From Sphagnum compactum (taxonomy: Eukaryota), in the NCBI GenBank assembly GCA_965153455.1, contig OZ234493.1:33594213-33658212 (forward strand): DNA of 64,000 bases, given 5' to 3'. Under the pieces are notes generated by a model. It saw nothing but the letters and a program-made list of their open reading frames with translations. It did no database searches and had not been told where the DNA came from. How positions within the stretch are numbered: position 1 is the first letter of the stretch; the number at the start of each line of letters is the position of its first letter. A program made the translations under genes and the position numbers. This document shows, piece by piece, positions 51,201-64,000 of this stretch.

Positions 51201-51546
51201 TATATAGATTCAGGACGATGCCACTATGTCGGAGGATGGCACCAACAAGACAGATACTGACCAGTATGTCCAGCTCCCAGCAGCTGATGATGATGACCTA
51301 AACGAAATCCCAGTAACCAAGGAGCCGACTCCAGACTGTGTACTCTTCAATCCAGCGCCATTAGTCCTACCATCGTATGTCCAGGCCGATGATCCAGTGC
51401 AGCTCCCAGCTCGTCCAGTAATTGCTGCTGCTGGAAACAATGCTGCTGCACCAGCTGTTGATGAGCTGCCAAAAAACTCGGCAGCAACTGGACCATACCT
51501 GCCCTTTGATCCTTTATCGCTGCAGATCCTTCGTCCACTGAATTAG
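48278..51546 (+). CDS. AP2-like: Divergent euAP2-lineage transcription factor, copy 2, ~456 aa
   Basis: Exons 48278-48684, 48835-48872, 49029-49059, 49315-49411, 49707-49852, 50159-50209, 50580-50689, 50844-51001, 51214-51546. All introns are GT-AG and the frame is open (1371 nt). Exons 2-7 are the same size as in copy 1 (38/31/97/146/51/110 nt). Confidence 0.88.
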
Positions 51547-54500
51547 ACCTGCAGCAGGTCACGGTGCCATAGTCCAGCTGGTTGTCAACAACTTACAACA
51601 GCTTGATCATGCATCACATATTGCAGGGTGCAGCTGCAGGATCAGACTGTACCTTGGAATTCTTGGTCTGTTCCAAGTTCTATTCCTAATTCTGAACTCA
51701 ATGTCTGCTCTAGTGGGTCAATCTGTTCTCATTCTGGGTCAGCTGCAGTTTCTATTCTTCCAGACTAGGATGCCAGATCTCCACCTTAGCGGATTCTCTT
51801 TGAAGACATATATCTTACTATTCCAGAACCAGAAAAAAAACTACGGATACTTGCATCACGCGTCTTATAATCAGCTATGTTTTCAAGACAGCTGATCAGT
51901 ACTTACAGCAGTTTCTCTCGTATGTAGCGAGATGCTGGATTTTGAAAAACTTTTCTACATGCTCATGGGTTGATCATATATGCTCATGAAACTCTTTCTA
52001 GGAAGACGCTTGAAGCTTATTATTAAGTAAGTTCATGAGACTTTAATACTGGATTAATGTGGTTGCGTTGCACTAGCTTGCTAGGATTTTGTAATGCACT
52101 ATAGATGATGTTCAGGAATAAAAAGTTGTTCTATTAATCTGTATAGTAACTCCTCACAACAGCTTATAAGAGTTTGCTAGCTAGCTCCCAATTAGATACA
52201 TACACTCTTCTACAGGCATGTTTTATGACTAGTGAAGGATGTGTATACGTCTCTGACTTGATGTACAACAAAGTGACAAGATGTTGTTCTTGTGTGAAAA
52301 TTACTAGGCAGACTTTATAACTGAAAATTTTATATAGCGTCAAGTAAATATTGCACAGTTACGGCGAGTGATATAAATTCATGGTGAATTTGAAATTGGA
52401 CTCTTGTCATGTGAGATCTAGAGAGATGAATTAGACACTAATTAAGCAAAGTAAAGTTAGCGTGTCGACTAGTGCTCCTGAAGTTGCAGAAGAAGATAAA
52501 GTTAGTGTACGTACTACTGTTCAAAAGCCATGAACGACGTTCATTTCCTGCATGCCTTAGCTGCAGATTATAAGTGCAAGTAGGACGAACGAGAGCGCTG
52601 CAATCATCAACAAGTTTAGCAGTGGATTGATAATTTTAAAAAGCAACTGCGTGGTGATCATTTCATAGTCCACCAAAAAGCAGTTAATTACGTGCAAATT
52701 ATAAGTTATTTCCAGCTTATATCTCCAGACACCTAATTTTCACGTGATCCGAAAAGGCAAAAACGGATAACTGTGTGGTTGTTGTTGACGATGCATGATG
52801 ACCGCATGTAATTTTGGAGGTGCATAAAAATTTGCAGCGGGCTGTAAATTTAAATTTTAGGAAATCGAAGAGTTTGAAAGATTTTTATTTGAATCCCAAG
52901 TTTTGCTTACGAGATGCTGACGACGTCCAAATGTGGTCTCGTCATAAAGTCAGCTAATACAAATAAACTGATGGATATTGATTACCATCTCCATCTCTCC
53001 CGGTGAACAACAACGACAGCGCCCGTACACAGAGCTAATTATGCTCAACAATCACAACCGTACACAGAGCCACTGACTAGGTAAGCAGATACTCAGAGGA
53101 CCTGCACTCCCTATGTTTTGACGTCAACGCTTAGTAGTTTTAATTAGAGACATAATTTCCAAATAATCAATCATTTGTCGTAACAGCTGCTGGTTGCTTC
53201 GCGCGTGGCTGGCTCAGGACTGGTTTCAACGTTGATCACTGATCACCGTCGTACATACATGTATATACTTCACCGGATTCGTTTCCCTACCGACAGCATG
53301 AGTAGTACTTGCGTCAGCAATGAATATGTCAGCCGCACGAGTTCATCAGAAATACCAAAGATGACACCGCCAGCATAATCGCTTCTTTTATTATGAACTT
53401 CAGAGTTCTCGTACGATGTTGCACACGAAGTTATTAGCCTCTCCCTAATTTTGTATGACAAATGTTAATCTGCACGTAAATGCATGCTCGTTGCCGGACT
53501 TTTCTACGAAATTATGAATATTTACATATGATTATTCATTTATCGTTGTAAACAGGGTTTCTGTTTTTCCCAATTTTTTGATGTCGAAAGTTTGCCTAAC
53601 TTTTCCAACAAGATTACCCAAATTTATATTGGAAAGAAGAGAGGAATATCTGAATTTTCCCTTTATTCTTTGAAAAAAATGACAAATTTTTTACGGGAAT
53701 GAAACACTGGAACTCCGCTACGTCTGAGGTCATGATTTCACGGATCCACAGACAGCAGCCTGTAACATGCACAAGTGAACTGTTAGCACATAAACATGCT
53801 CAGTGCTCACCAGCCTTTTTTTATTGGCAAGCTTTTGCCAAAAAAAGAAATTAAAAACTCAAAATTCGAAAATGAAGTGAATTTGGAGGTTTTCAATTGC
53901 CAAATGTGAAGGGGGGAAAAAATTAATTGCAATATTTCTATATTTGGTTTTAAGTGTGTAGCCAAAGATATGGAGAGATGATTATGGTTTTTGTACTTCA
54001 TATCTGGTTTATAGCCAGATTTGGCTAACTCTTCCTGAGGGATGATCACCACTTTTTTTACATCTTCCTGTGGACAATTATCACTTTAACTTCAAAACAA
54101 AAATTCTTTAAAAAGACTGTGACCACAGCACTCTATAGTGTTTATTTTTCAATTTTGTGATGTTGCCACATCAACGATCATCCACAAAGAGATTTAGAGA
54201 CATTTGGTTATAGATCTGCTATGAAAGTAGAAACCTATTAAAATCCTTTTACATCTCAATGACTACTTGCTTGAACAACATGTAAAAGCACGACAATTTT
54301 CAAGATTTTTTTCTATGTATAGTGATTTTTTTATTTTTTTTTTAAAGGTAACACTTTGACAGAATATTGTTTTTTGAAAAATAATCTAGTGAAAACAACA
54401 GTGGTGTGCTTGTTGAAATGGGAATCAGGATTGGGATGAAAACGTGCCCATGGACATGGAATTGGTAGAACATAAATGGGAGTTCAAGCATAAATTTTCG

Positions 54501-55972
54501 CCCTACTATCTCAGGGGGCACACATGAGTGTCCTAGGAAAAACTCATTGAAAAAATCATGAAAACCCAAAAGAATCTCGTTTTTGTTCGGGGGAGCTCCC
54601 TCTAATGGAAAGCTGACTAGGGATTAGGGACCTGTGTATCTTTTATTTAGTCCCACAATGTTTTGAGGGTTGTTCACCTAGTATTTGTTACTGTGAACCG
54701 TTGTAGTACGTTTTTCTTTTGGCAAACTTCACATATTGAACCGTTACTGTTTTTAACTGAAACATGTTGGGTTGAACCAGCATTGGCCAATTATTTCTTT
54801 TTAAAATAATATCTGAGTAGGTTTTCTTTAAATTGTTTTTGGCAATCACACAGGTTATCACTATCAATATCAAAAAAATTGGATAGTAACTATTGGTTAT
54901 GCATAAGGGTAAGTTATCAAATAATCAATTGATAATCACTTGTTATCCTACCAATAATTAGTTGGCTATAACTTATATCCTTTTATAAAATTAAATTTTC
55001 TTTGTACAAATGTTTAATGATTGACAACCTACAGGTAGATTATAATTGGATCATTGAGGTAATTTATTGCATTTTTAAAAATTCAACATAGGCAATTATC
55101 AATGTAATCAATTATCAAAAAAATCAGGAACCATTTTGGTAGGTTATTAATAACTAGCTTGATAACCAAGTTGATAATTGCGTCAAAAGTCAATAAACAA
55201 CTAACCATTGAATTTTCAAATTTTAATAACCTACTTAGATGATTCAATTATCATCCAAGTAGGTTATCAATGTTTAAATATGAACACCAAAAAAATTAAA
55301 ATAGAAAAAAAAGGTTTTTACTTGTTTTTTAAACCTTATATTTGATGTATAACCAACAAGTTAATTGGTGGTTATTAAGGTTCAATTATTTGATAACCTA
55401 CCCTTATGTATAATGACAATTATAACCCAATTTCTTTCAATAACCTACTTGGCACCCAAAAATTAACTTAGTACCTCATGGTTATTATGTAAAAAAGTAA
55501 TTCGCCAACATTGGTTTCAACTTGCCATAAAGGGCAAAAAGTCATGAGTCACTTGCCTATTATTAATACCATTTTATCATCTAATAATTTTGTTCCAAGA
55601 ATTAGGGATGTGACAATTGCATTCAATATTTGGGAATATTAATATCAAGTTTGTTAACACACATCTAGTTCAAAAGCACTATAATTGTTTTTGGTATCAA
55701 TATCAATGTCTTTTTTCCTTGAAATGTTTTTGTTCTTTTGGAAAAAATAATGGGAACTTTTTGGAATTTTTTCTATTTTAAATTTGACTAATTTTATTTT
55801 ATTTTGAAAAAAAATTCCAAATTTTGGATATCACAAAATTGAAAAAAAAAGTCCCTAATTGATTATAATTGATCCTTGCTTGCTTTAAGTTTATCCATTA
55901 AGCCTTTTTAAGTACCTACTCACTAACTTGGGAAATTCATTTTATGGAGTTACATAACATGGGTTATGTTAT

Positions 55973-58519
55973 CACTATAAGGAATCATGTCCATACCATG
56001 TGTTTATGACTTATGTTCAAATTAACCATTTGCATCATTATTGTTCCAATTGTTTACAATAGCATGTGGTAAAAGTGATTTGTAGTCATATACTTAATTA
56101 CAAAATGATTTTAAGTTCTAAATGTGATTAAATGACTTGCAACTACTATTGGTTTGGATGAATATGAATTTTTTTTTCATATATATTATAATCCACAATT
56201 AGTCCAACATATTTCAATATATATGTAATTTTAATTATTTTTCTGATTAGAAATGTGGTTTAAAACAAGTGACGAAATAACATGTGGCATCTTGTTCAAC
56301 TTGAATTATGACTATATATCATAATTACAAATATACGTGTGCTAATGGCAAGTTAATGCATGCAACATGTTATGTTAACTCATGTAGTTTAAGACTAGGA
56401 AGCCACTTAGGTACATCTCTAAATAGCTTAGGTAACCTAAACAAGCCCCTAGGTAATTTATATAATCTAGGTAGGTTTTAAGCAACCCATTGGTACTTCC
56501 TAATTAAATACCTTAGCAACCCCTAGGTAGCCCATACATAACCTAGCAATCCGTAAGTACTAACCTTTAAATAGCCTAAATTGTAGTCCTTACATAAACC
56601 CCCTATGTATTTTAAGTAGTTTAGACTACCTAAGAAATAACTTTAAAATAGCCTAAACAACCCCTGCATAACCCTTAAAAATATTTTAACTTAATTAGGG
56701 AACCCCTTAGTAGCTTTTAAAAAGCCTAGGTAAATAGGAATAAACATGCAAAAATAGGTCTAAAAAAGTACTCCTCAACATTACAATCTTATATTTTTTA
56801 TATAATTGTATAAAATTAAATTCAAAACCTCTTCAAGTATCATAATGAAACCATCATGCACTTCATTAAGTTTATAATAAATTGCATACCAAATTTCAAA
56901 TGCCTTTGTGTAAAAAATATGTAAAAAAGGTTTTAAATTAACTAAGTAAAATGTGCTAAAACTCTTTTTTTAAAGTTAAAGATTTGACAAAATAGGGGCT
57001 TTATTATCCAAAAGCTTAAACTAATTAATGCATTTTAGTGTTCCATCAACTTGAAATTACCAAAAATATAATCAAAATCTTACTTTCATTTATTTGAAAC
57101 CAATCTAAGACCCCTACTTACATCTACTTGCATTTTCAAAAATCTACTTAAATGCATATTAAAAACATAAAAATAGTTTTACTACATTAAAATTTGAAAA
57201 ACATCTTCACATTGATCATCATGTTATAAAACATTTCAAATTTTTTAATATTAAAATCTATTTAATGACCACTTTCATTCCAAAAAATAAGGATCACAAA
57301 TAGGCCTACTTTAACATATTTACACCCAACCTTTAGCCAAATCAACCCTTAAGTATGGAGTGCCCTTAATAACCTAAGTAGCCTTTAGGTAGCCTAAGCA
57401 ACCTTTAAATACCTTATTTAATTTAAATAGTCTTAGTACTTTGAATAGCTTAACCAAGGATGGAATATCATAAAATAATTGAAAATAACCTAAGATGGTT
57501 TAGGGTGAAATAAACTAAAATAATGAAAAATAACTTAAGATAGAATAACTTAAAATAACTTAAGTTAAATAACCTAAAATTATCAAAAATGTCCTTGAAT
57601 AAAATAACTAGCTTAAGGTGGAATTGCCTAAAATAGCCAAATTAGGTGGACTATGTAATCAATTTATTAAATAGGTTAGGTAATAATTAAGTAATAAATT
57701 GGTAGGCTAAGTAATAAGTGTTTTATTATGTGAATATGTGATAGTGTTTTTGTGCACGAGACAAAAAATATGATAATGTTACATAATGTTGTATTTTTTT
57801 TATTAAAATTATTTATCTTAGATCCTTTGTTTGCAAGTTGAATTTTGTAACATATATAGTTAGGTGAAAAAAAGGGATGGTATGCATTATAGACATTCAA
57901 AGTGCATGTGCCATTTGAAATGAGCTAATAAAAAAAACTTTTGACCTTGAACAAAAAAAGTCCCATTTAGTTACTTAAGCCTATAACTTACACCCACTTG
58001 CCTATCCTAAACCTATCTGCCTACTTAAACTTATAACCTACATTCATTTACTTATCTTAAACCTACCTACCTACCTACCTAAACTTATAGTCTACATGCA
58101 CTAGCTTATCCGAAACATGCATGCCTACTTACCTACCTAACTTATTTTAAGTTGTTAATTCTAATTTAGACTAACCTAACCTAGGATTGTTGGATGGATT
58201 ATTGCCATATGGATACATCCTAATCAACTATGAAACACTTCATGTGAATGGACTTCTTAATTGTGAATGAAATGGCAAATGACCATGTCAAATCATCATA
58301 TGCAACTACACTTTTTAGTCATAAAACCAATCACAAATGATCATGTCACATAAGCCAGATGTCAATTGGATGAAAAACTAATATTAGTCACACAATCGAC
58401 ATTTTGACCAAGTGCCATGCACATAATTTTTTTGCGATTGTATGTAACAATCGCATGTGGCATTTGCAACTAGAAGTTGATTATAAAACCAATTGTTAAT
58501 ACAAGAATTCCTTGTAGTG
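55973..58519. mobile_element. Non-autonomous CACTA element
   Basis: TIRs CACTATAAGGAAT and ATTCCTTGTAGTG, subterminal TGCAAC repeats, internal AT-rich tandem arrays. The 3-bp TSD is not preserved. Confidence 0.7.
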
Positions 58520-59902
58520 AAGCCAACCTAAGTAAGTCACATAGTGCCATTTGTTCAACTTGGAACTTGCCATGTGTCAACATCTCAATGGCCAATTTTT
58601 AAAAATGCTCCCACATTTTAATCACAAATGACCATGGCATGTAAGCATATGTTTAATCAATGTTTGATTTTTCAAGTTTTAATATTAAAATTTATATTAA
58701 TGTCGTAAGTCATTAAAAATAAAATAAACATGATAATGTTTTTAATATAATTTGAGGACATGTGATATAATTTGGAATGAATCTAATGAAAATAAAGTAT
58801 TCAAAATCAATCATTAAACATTTTAATTTATGTTTTAAAATCATTGTAAAAACTCTTATTTTGGGGGAAATGGTTTACACATATATTTACATAACAATAT
58901 GATGCAACATCTTTTTACATCATTATTTTTTTTATAAATATTTTAAAATAAGCATTCACAAAAGTGTTAGGTGTGGTTCAAATTAATGTGGATGCACCTT
59001 TACCATTGCCATTCTCATCATTTCATCATCTTTCATCATTGTAAAAAATTAGACTAAAAGCCCTTATTTTGAACCTATTTTTTTATCAAAGATGCCGAAA
59101 TTTGGGATGTCCTGGAAGTTGACACCCTATTTTGAAACATGCTTGGAATGTCTTGCCAGAAAGGGATGTTAAGAACGTTAGTTAAAACATATTCTTGCAC
59201 ATTACATTTTTGTGAACACTACATTTTCGAATGGCACACACATGCATAGTTATTTTGCCCAATTCAACAAAATGCTTATGTCATAAGGAGCCTCTCTTAA
59301 AGCAATTTGGAACTTCCCATGTGGACCTTAAGGTTCATGAAAAATTGTTATAATTGCATCCAAATGGTTGATAAGGTAAGGTGCTAGGCAATTCAACCAA
59401 AGATCCACACAATCTCAATCCCTATGTTTATTTATAACCATAATATGGCATAAATTGATTTGTTTTGATAGTCATCTTCAAGAAGAAAGTTGACAACTTG
59501 ACATATTAAAGTTGGAAAGTTGTTTCTACTAAGTCTTTGATAACATTAAACCAAAATTGTTGATTTTCATCAATATATTCCATTGTTCATTATGTAACCT
59601 TTTACAAAGAATGCAACATGCAATACATAACACAACACATTTTTTTGATAGCAACTTACACATATTAATCTTGCAACTTTGCCCAAAAACTACATGAATT
59701 ATGCTAAAATGAATGATTACGATCTTGACAATAATATCCTTTAAATACAATGCAATATGTCTCCAAGGTTGTGCACACATTCAAGAAAAGTTGGAAAAGA
59801 ACATTTAAATTTATTTCAAACTATTTATTCAAAAGGTGCACAAGATAACAAAAAGAAATGTAGGATTCAAATTGATGTAAGCATCTACAAAAAGGTTCAT
59901 TC

Positions 59903-61235
59903 CAATGTTGGGTGGATGTCATGAAAATCTTGATATCCTAACTGGATATCACTTTTGAAATCTTCTAGATATCAGATTTTTTGATATCCGAAACGATATC
60001 CTTATTTCTGGATATCAAAATAATGATATCCGGTCATATAATATCTTGACATAATTAATTTTTTTGAAAATATGATATCCAGGGCAAATATTAAATCCAT
60101 GCCCAAATATGGATATGAAAGGGATTTAGGTTTAGGGTGTAGGTTGTTAAGGGATCAAAATAAAATTGTCAGCGCCAATGTAGGCCGTTACAATGAAAAG
60201 AAAAGTTGTGGGTGCCAATGTAGGTCATTACAAGGGAAAAAATTGATGTGGGCTTTGCCATTAGACCTAAAAAAACAAGAACCTTAAATCTAGACTAAAA
60301 TGGGGCTTGAAATCAACTTGGGCCCCACTTTTTCTTTCTCCCTCTCCTTGCACTTTGCTCTGTTCTCCTTTCGCTTTGCTTTCCTCTCCTTGTGTTTTGT
60401 TCTCCTTCGCGTTGCTGCTCTCCTCTTCACCCTACTACTTTCCTTTTCGCATTACTGCTCTCCTCTTTGCCCTACAAAAGAATATATAATATGAATAAAT
60501 GATGAAACTAAAGTTAATCAAGTAAGGGAAGAAAATGAAAACCCAAGTTTGCAAATTGAAGTAAATAGAGTGTCAGGAGAATCTAATGAAAGGAAAACTA
60601 AATAGATTTTGCAACAGTTGCAAAATCTAGCGTCTTCATAATAGAAATGCACTTTGTTGGTCTCTTTATTGTGTTAATGATAACTCGAAAATAAACTTGG
60701 ATGTTCCTCAAATGATGCGTTGATTATTGTGTCATTCTCAACCTATTGTTTCTATGAATTTAAGAAAACAATTAAAGAAAGGACCACTAACATATTATAA
60801 AACAAGTGGCATAACATGTCTGCAGAAACATCTTGATGTAGATCATTCAACAATTTATAAAAGGTTTAAAGAATTAATAATCAAGGGAAAGAAAATGTAG
60901 AGTGACGATCTTCAAAGAAAATGTCTCTTATTTCCAATTCTTCCATATCTGAATTTTTTGCTTCAAAAGATCCCTTCAAAAAGGATGATGTGGAGTAAAA
61001 ATTATTTGTGGAAAATCTTGCTCTTTTAATAGTGAAAAATCATTTGCCTTTGCAATTTGTGGAGAGTGTGTGGTTAAAACATTTAGTGTTACAATAATGT
61101 CTTTGTGTGTAATTCCCTTCTCAAAAATTATTTTCAAACATTGTTTTGCCTAAATTGGTAAAGAAAATTAAGGAAACATATGTTTTGCCTTTGCTAAATG
61201 ATTGTAGTTATGTTACCGCCAGTTTTGATTTGGTT
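59903..61235 (+). mobile_element. Decayed autonomous hAT element: 5' TIR plus a transposase pseudogene fragment (~60620-61235)
   Basis: CAATGTTGGGTGGAT terminus. Translation gives YKTSGITCLQKHL (end of BED finger), LLIVKNHLPLQFVESVWLK, FPS and TASFDL (first catalytic Asp region), with several stops. Confidence 0.75.
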
Positions 61236-64000
61236 GCAAAGGAAATGATTAAACTGATTGTTTATATTCATTAGGTCCAAATTTTCCAGCTCTAGATGCA
61301 TCACATGTGTAAGAAATAGTCATGCAAAAATACATGTTTAGTTGATTTTAAAAGCTCATTTTGGCATGTTCTATGTTTTTACTTGTAAATCAAATATTTT
61401 ATGCACAATATGTATGCTAATGAGAAATCATCACCATTGCATGAATTATTTTAATTTGGACTATTCAATATTTCTCACTTAAATTTGTTTTATGTAAATG
61501 TCATTTATGAAAAATAGTCCTAAACAAGTCTTGGAATTCTTATTCTTGTTCTTGGAACCCCAATTGTGAATGGTCATAAAATTGTTATTGTTTAGAGGAG
61601 TGACTCAAATTTAGACCATAGATGTAAATGCAATATTGAGTTTGAATTATGTCATTGTTTTTTTTCCAAACATAATGCTAGGGGCAAATCAACAAGCTTG
61701 TGCACTTTGCAACAATAAATTTTTATATATACACCAAATTCATACACACTTTTAACGTTTTATTTGGGAAGTAATGTTTCAAATTGCTTGTGGGATTTTT
61801 GCCTTCCTCTTATGTTGAAAAAACTTTCTTTATTTTGTGAGGCAATTATGTAATAAATAGTTTATGGCAGTGGGGCATATCTAGAGTGGGCTAGCTTAAA
61901 TTTAACTATGACAAGCAAACTCCACAATTTTGGTTTTGCAAGGAAAAAATATTGGTTTACAATGGAGATGCCTTCAGTGGCATGTTATTCTTGGTGGCAC
62001 ATTATATATGGCCACTACTTCTTTCGAACATGGTCATTTTTTAAAAACATTATATATGTAATGAAATTTCATTATGAAGAACATTCCTTCGAGTGTGATT
62101 ATAGGTATAAGTGCATGGTTACATTGGTGATTAACAAAGGCAACCTTATTGTAAATTGAATTGGTACTAGAAATAAAATTTAACAAACCGTAATGGTGAA
62201 TTTAACCCATTACCATGTGCAAAGTGGTTTGGAAAATTTTCAATTTGGGTTATTAAGTTGATGTTCACCATTTACAACAAATGTTGTCATTATCTTTTTC
62301 ACCACAACATAACTTTCCTTAGATTAAGTAAATTTTAAGATATTCAAAATCACAAGAAATTTGATTGGATGTTAAAATCATCACATGAACATAATCTTTC
62401 AATTTAATTCACATAACCTATTAAATTTCATTATGTATAATGTGTGGGTATACATAAAACATTCTAAGAATTTTTTAAAAAAATTTGAAAGCATTTATTT
62501 ACATAGGAAATGTTATCATCAATCAAAAGGACCTTTCACCATTTGCGTACAAACCTTTTATAATTCAGATAAAAAACCTTTCATACTTTACATTGGGGAA
62601 TGCTTGTTCTAATTTGTTTCCCTTTATTTTTAAATGTATGCCTTCAAGATTAGAACCATTAAATTAAAGGATACCTTGATAAGCAAGCTTGAACCTATAA
62701 GACAAGATGACTATGGGGTTTGTCATCTGGACTTTAAATTTGTTTAATATTGTGTATTTTATTTAATTTAATAGTAAATTGATAATATAAAAAAAATAAC
62801 TTGATCTTATGTTGAAATAAAAATATTTGACAATGATGATTGATTGTTGTACAATCATTTTTTATGAAAAAATCTAGGCCAAAAGAAAAGTCCTACATCA
62901 TGATTTTCTTTCCTCATCATAGTTCCTAGTTGCAAACATCAAGAATTCCACTTTATCAATTAACTTGAGAGAGTTGTTGATTAACACTTGTAAGTAAATG
63001 ACTTGGAAAATTTGACCTAGACGTATTAGATATTTAGTAACATAAATTATGAAATGATGATGATAAACCTTAAATACAATCTACACAAATTGTTGAAATT
63101 CCAAAAATTTGGGCATCAATAAATTTTAAATGAATTTCTTAACTTTGAACATTTCAAATAAGTAATTAGATATTTTTGGCATTATAGGAAATAATATAAT
63201 AATCATTGAAATTGAAAAAATATTATGGTACATGATCAATATGAACCTTGGTGTCCGTACACAAAATAATTTTCAAAATCAAATCAAATCAAGGTGTGCA
63301 AAATCTTAGAACAAATGATTTTTTAATGACAGATTCTCGCCAAATTTTGACCTGAAAAATACAACTTCAACTAATACCAAGGATTTTTTGTGGAAATTGA
63401 CCCAAATTTGCCCACATTCTCAAGGGAAAACAATTTCCAAATCACCAAATTATTATGGTAACTTCTAGTAGGTAGCCAAGAATAGAGAACGATCATTTTC
63501 CTTTTTCAATTTCATATCTGGTATATAGCCAAATTTGGATAAATATTTTTTCTTGGTCATTGCTAGTTTAGCTACATCACAAAATTGAAAAAAAAAATAT
63601 ATCACTGCTTAGAACCTTCTTTAAGATGCTAAGTACTTGCTTATGAATACAGCTCAGCCAGGGTAGGCCCAGGCATTTAATTCTCAAAGGTGTTGTAGGG
63701 ACCCAAAGTGAAATCTGGTACAGTACGTGTGAGGCATGTGAGGTTTGAATTTGAACAATCTCTCCTTTGGAAGAATCAAATATTATAAAATATGTGGAAA
63801 GATTTTGCTCTAAAATGGGCAGATCATGCAACCAATGACTCGCTTGTGGACCCACAAGGGCAGTACAAAGTATGATTTAGCAAAATTGATTGTCAGGAAT
63901 AAGCCAGCCAGACAATGACTACCAACCACCTTTTGCCTAATTAAAGAAGAACCAATTCAGTAAGGGGCTCTCCTCCTATATTTCTGTTGGTAGAGGACCT

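Larger units (their letters stand above)
42040..55965 (+). repeat. Segmental tandem duplication, unit 2
   Basis: Collinear with 14960-29812; homology stops at the CACTA element starting at 55973. Confidence 0.9.

Noticed and set aside
58870-59880. Additional decayed coding remnant (similar sequence also at ~61700-62650)
   Set aside because: Too degraded to assign to a family by eye.

Overview
Eukaryotic, AT-rich, transposon-laden plant genomic DNA. It is probably a bryophyte such as Sphagnum, inferred from repeat style and gene structure but not proven. Three intact protein-coding genes can be supported. One is an intronless METTL21/Methyltransf_16-type SAM-dependent methyltransferase on the minus strand (2063-2800). 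The other two are tandem paralogues of a highly divergent euAP2-lineage transcription factor (22034-26266, ~780 aa; 48278-51546, ~456 aa), each with nine coding exons readable from GT/AG junctions. The paralogues lie in a ~14-15 kb direct segmental duplication (~14960-29810 vs ~42040-55965). Both keep an N-terminal DLNxxP EAR motif and a recognisable first AP2 domain, but the second AP2 domain is degenerate and evolving fast. All copy-specific indels are in frame. Between and around the units are a compound Helitron carrying an inverted, GC-rich gene-like fragment (~35200-37915), a decayed MULE transposase, CACTA elements, a decayed hAT transposase, many hAT-type MITEs with 8-bp target-site duplications (TSDs), tandem repeats and two near-perfect hairpins. 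I found no rRNA, tRNA, CRISPR or prokaryotic-type system. The most promising candidates for novelty are the remodelled AP2 pair and the Helitron capture.
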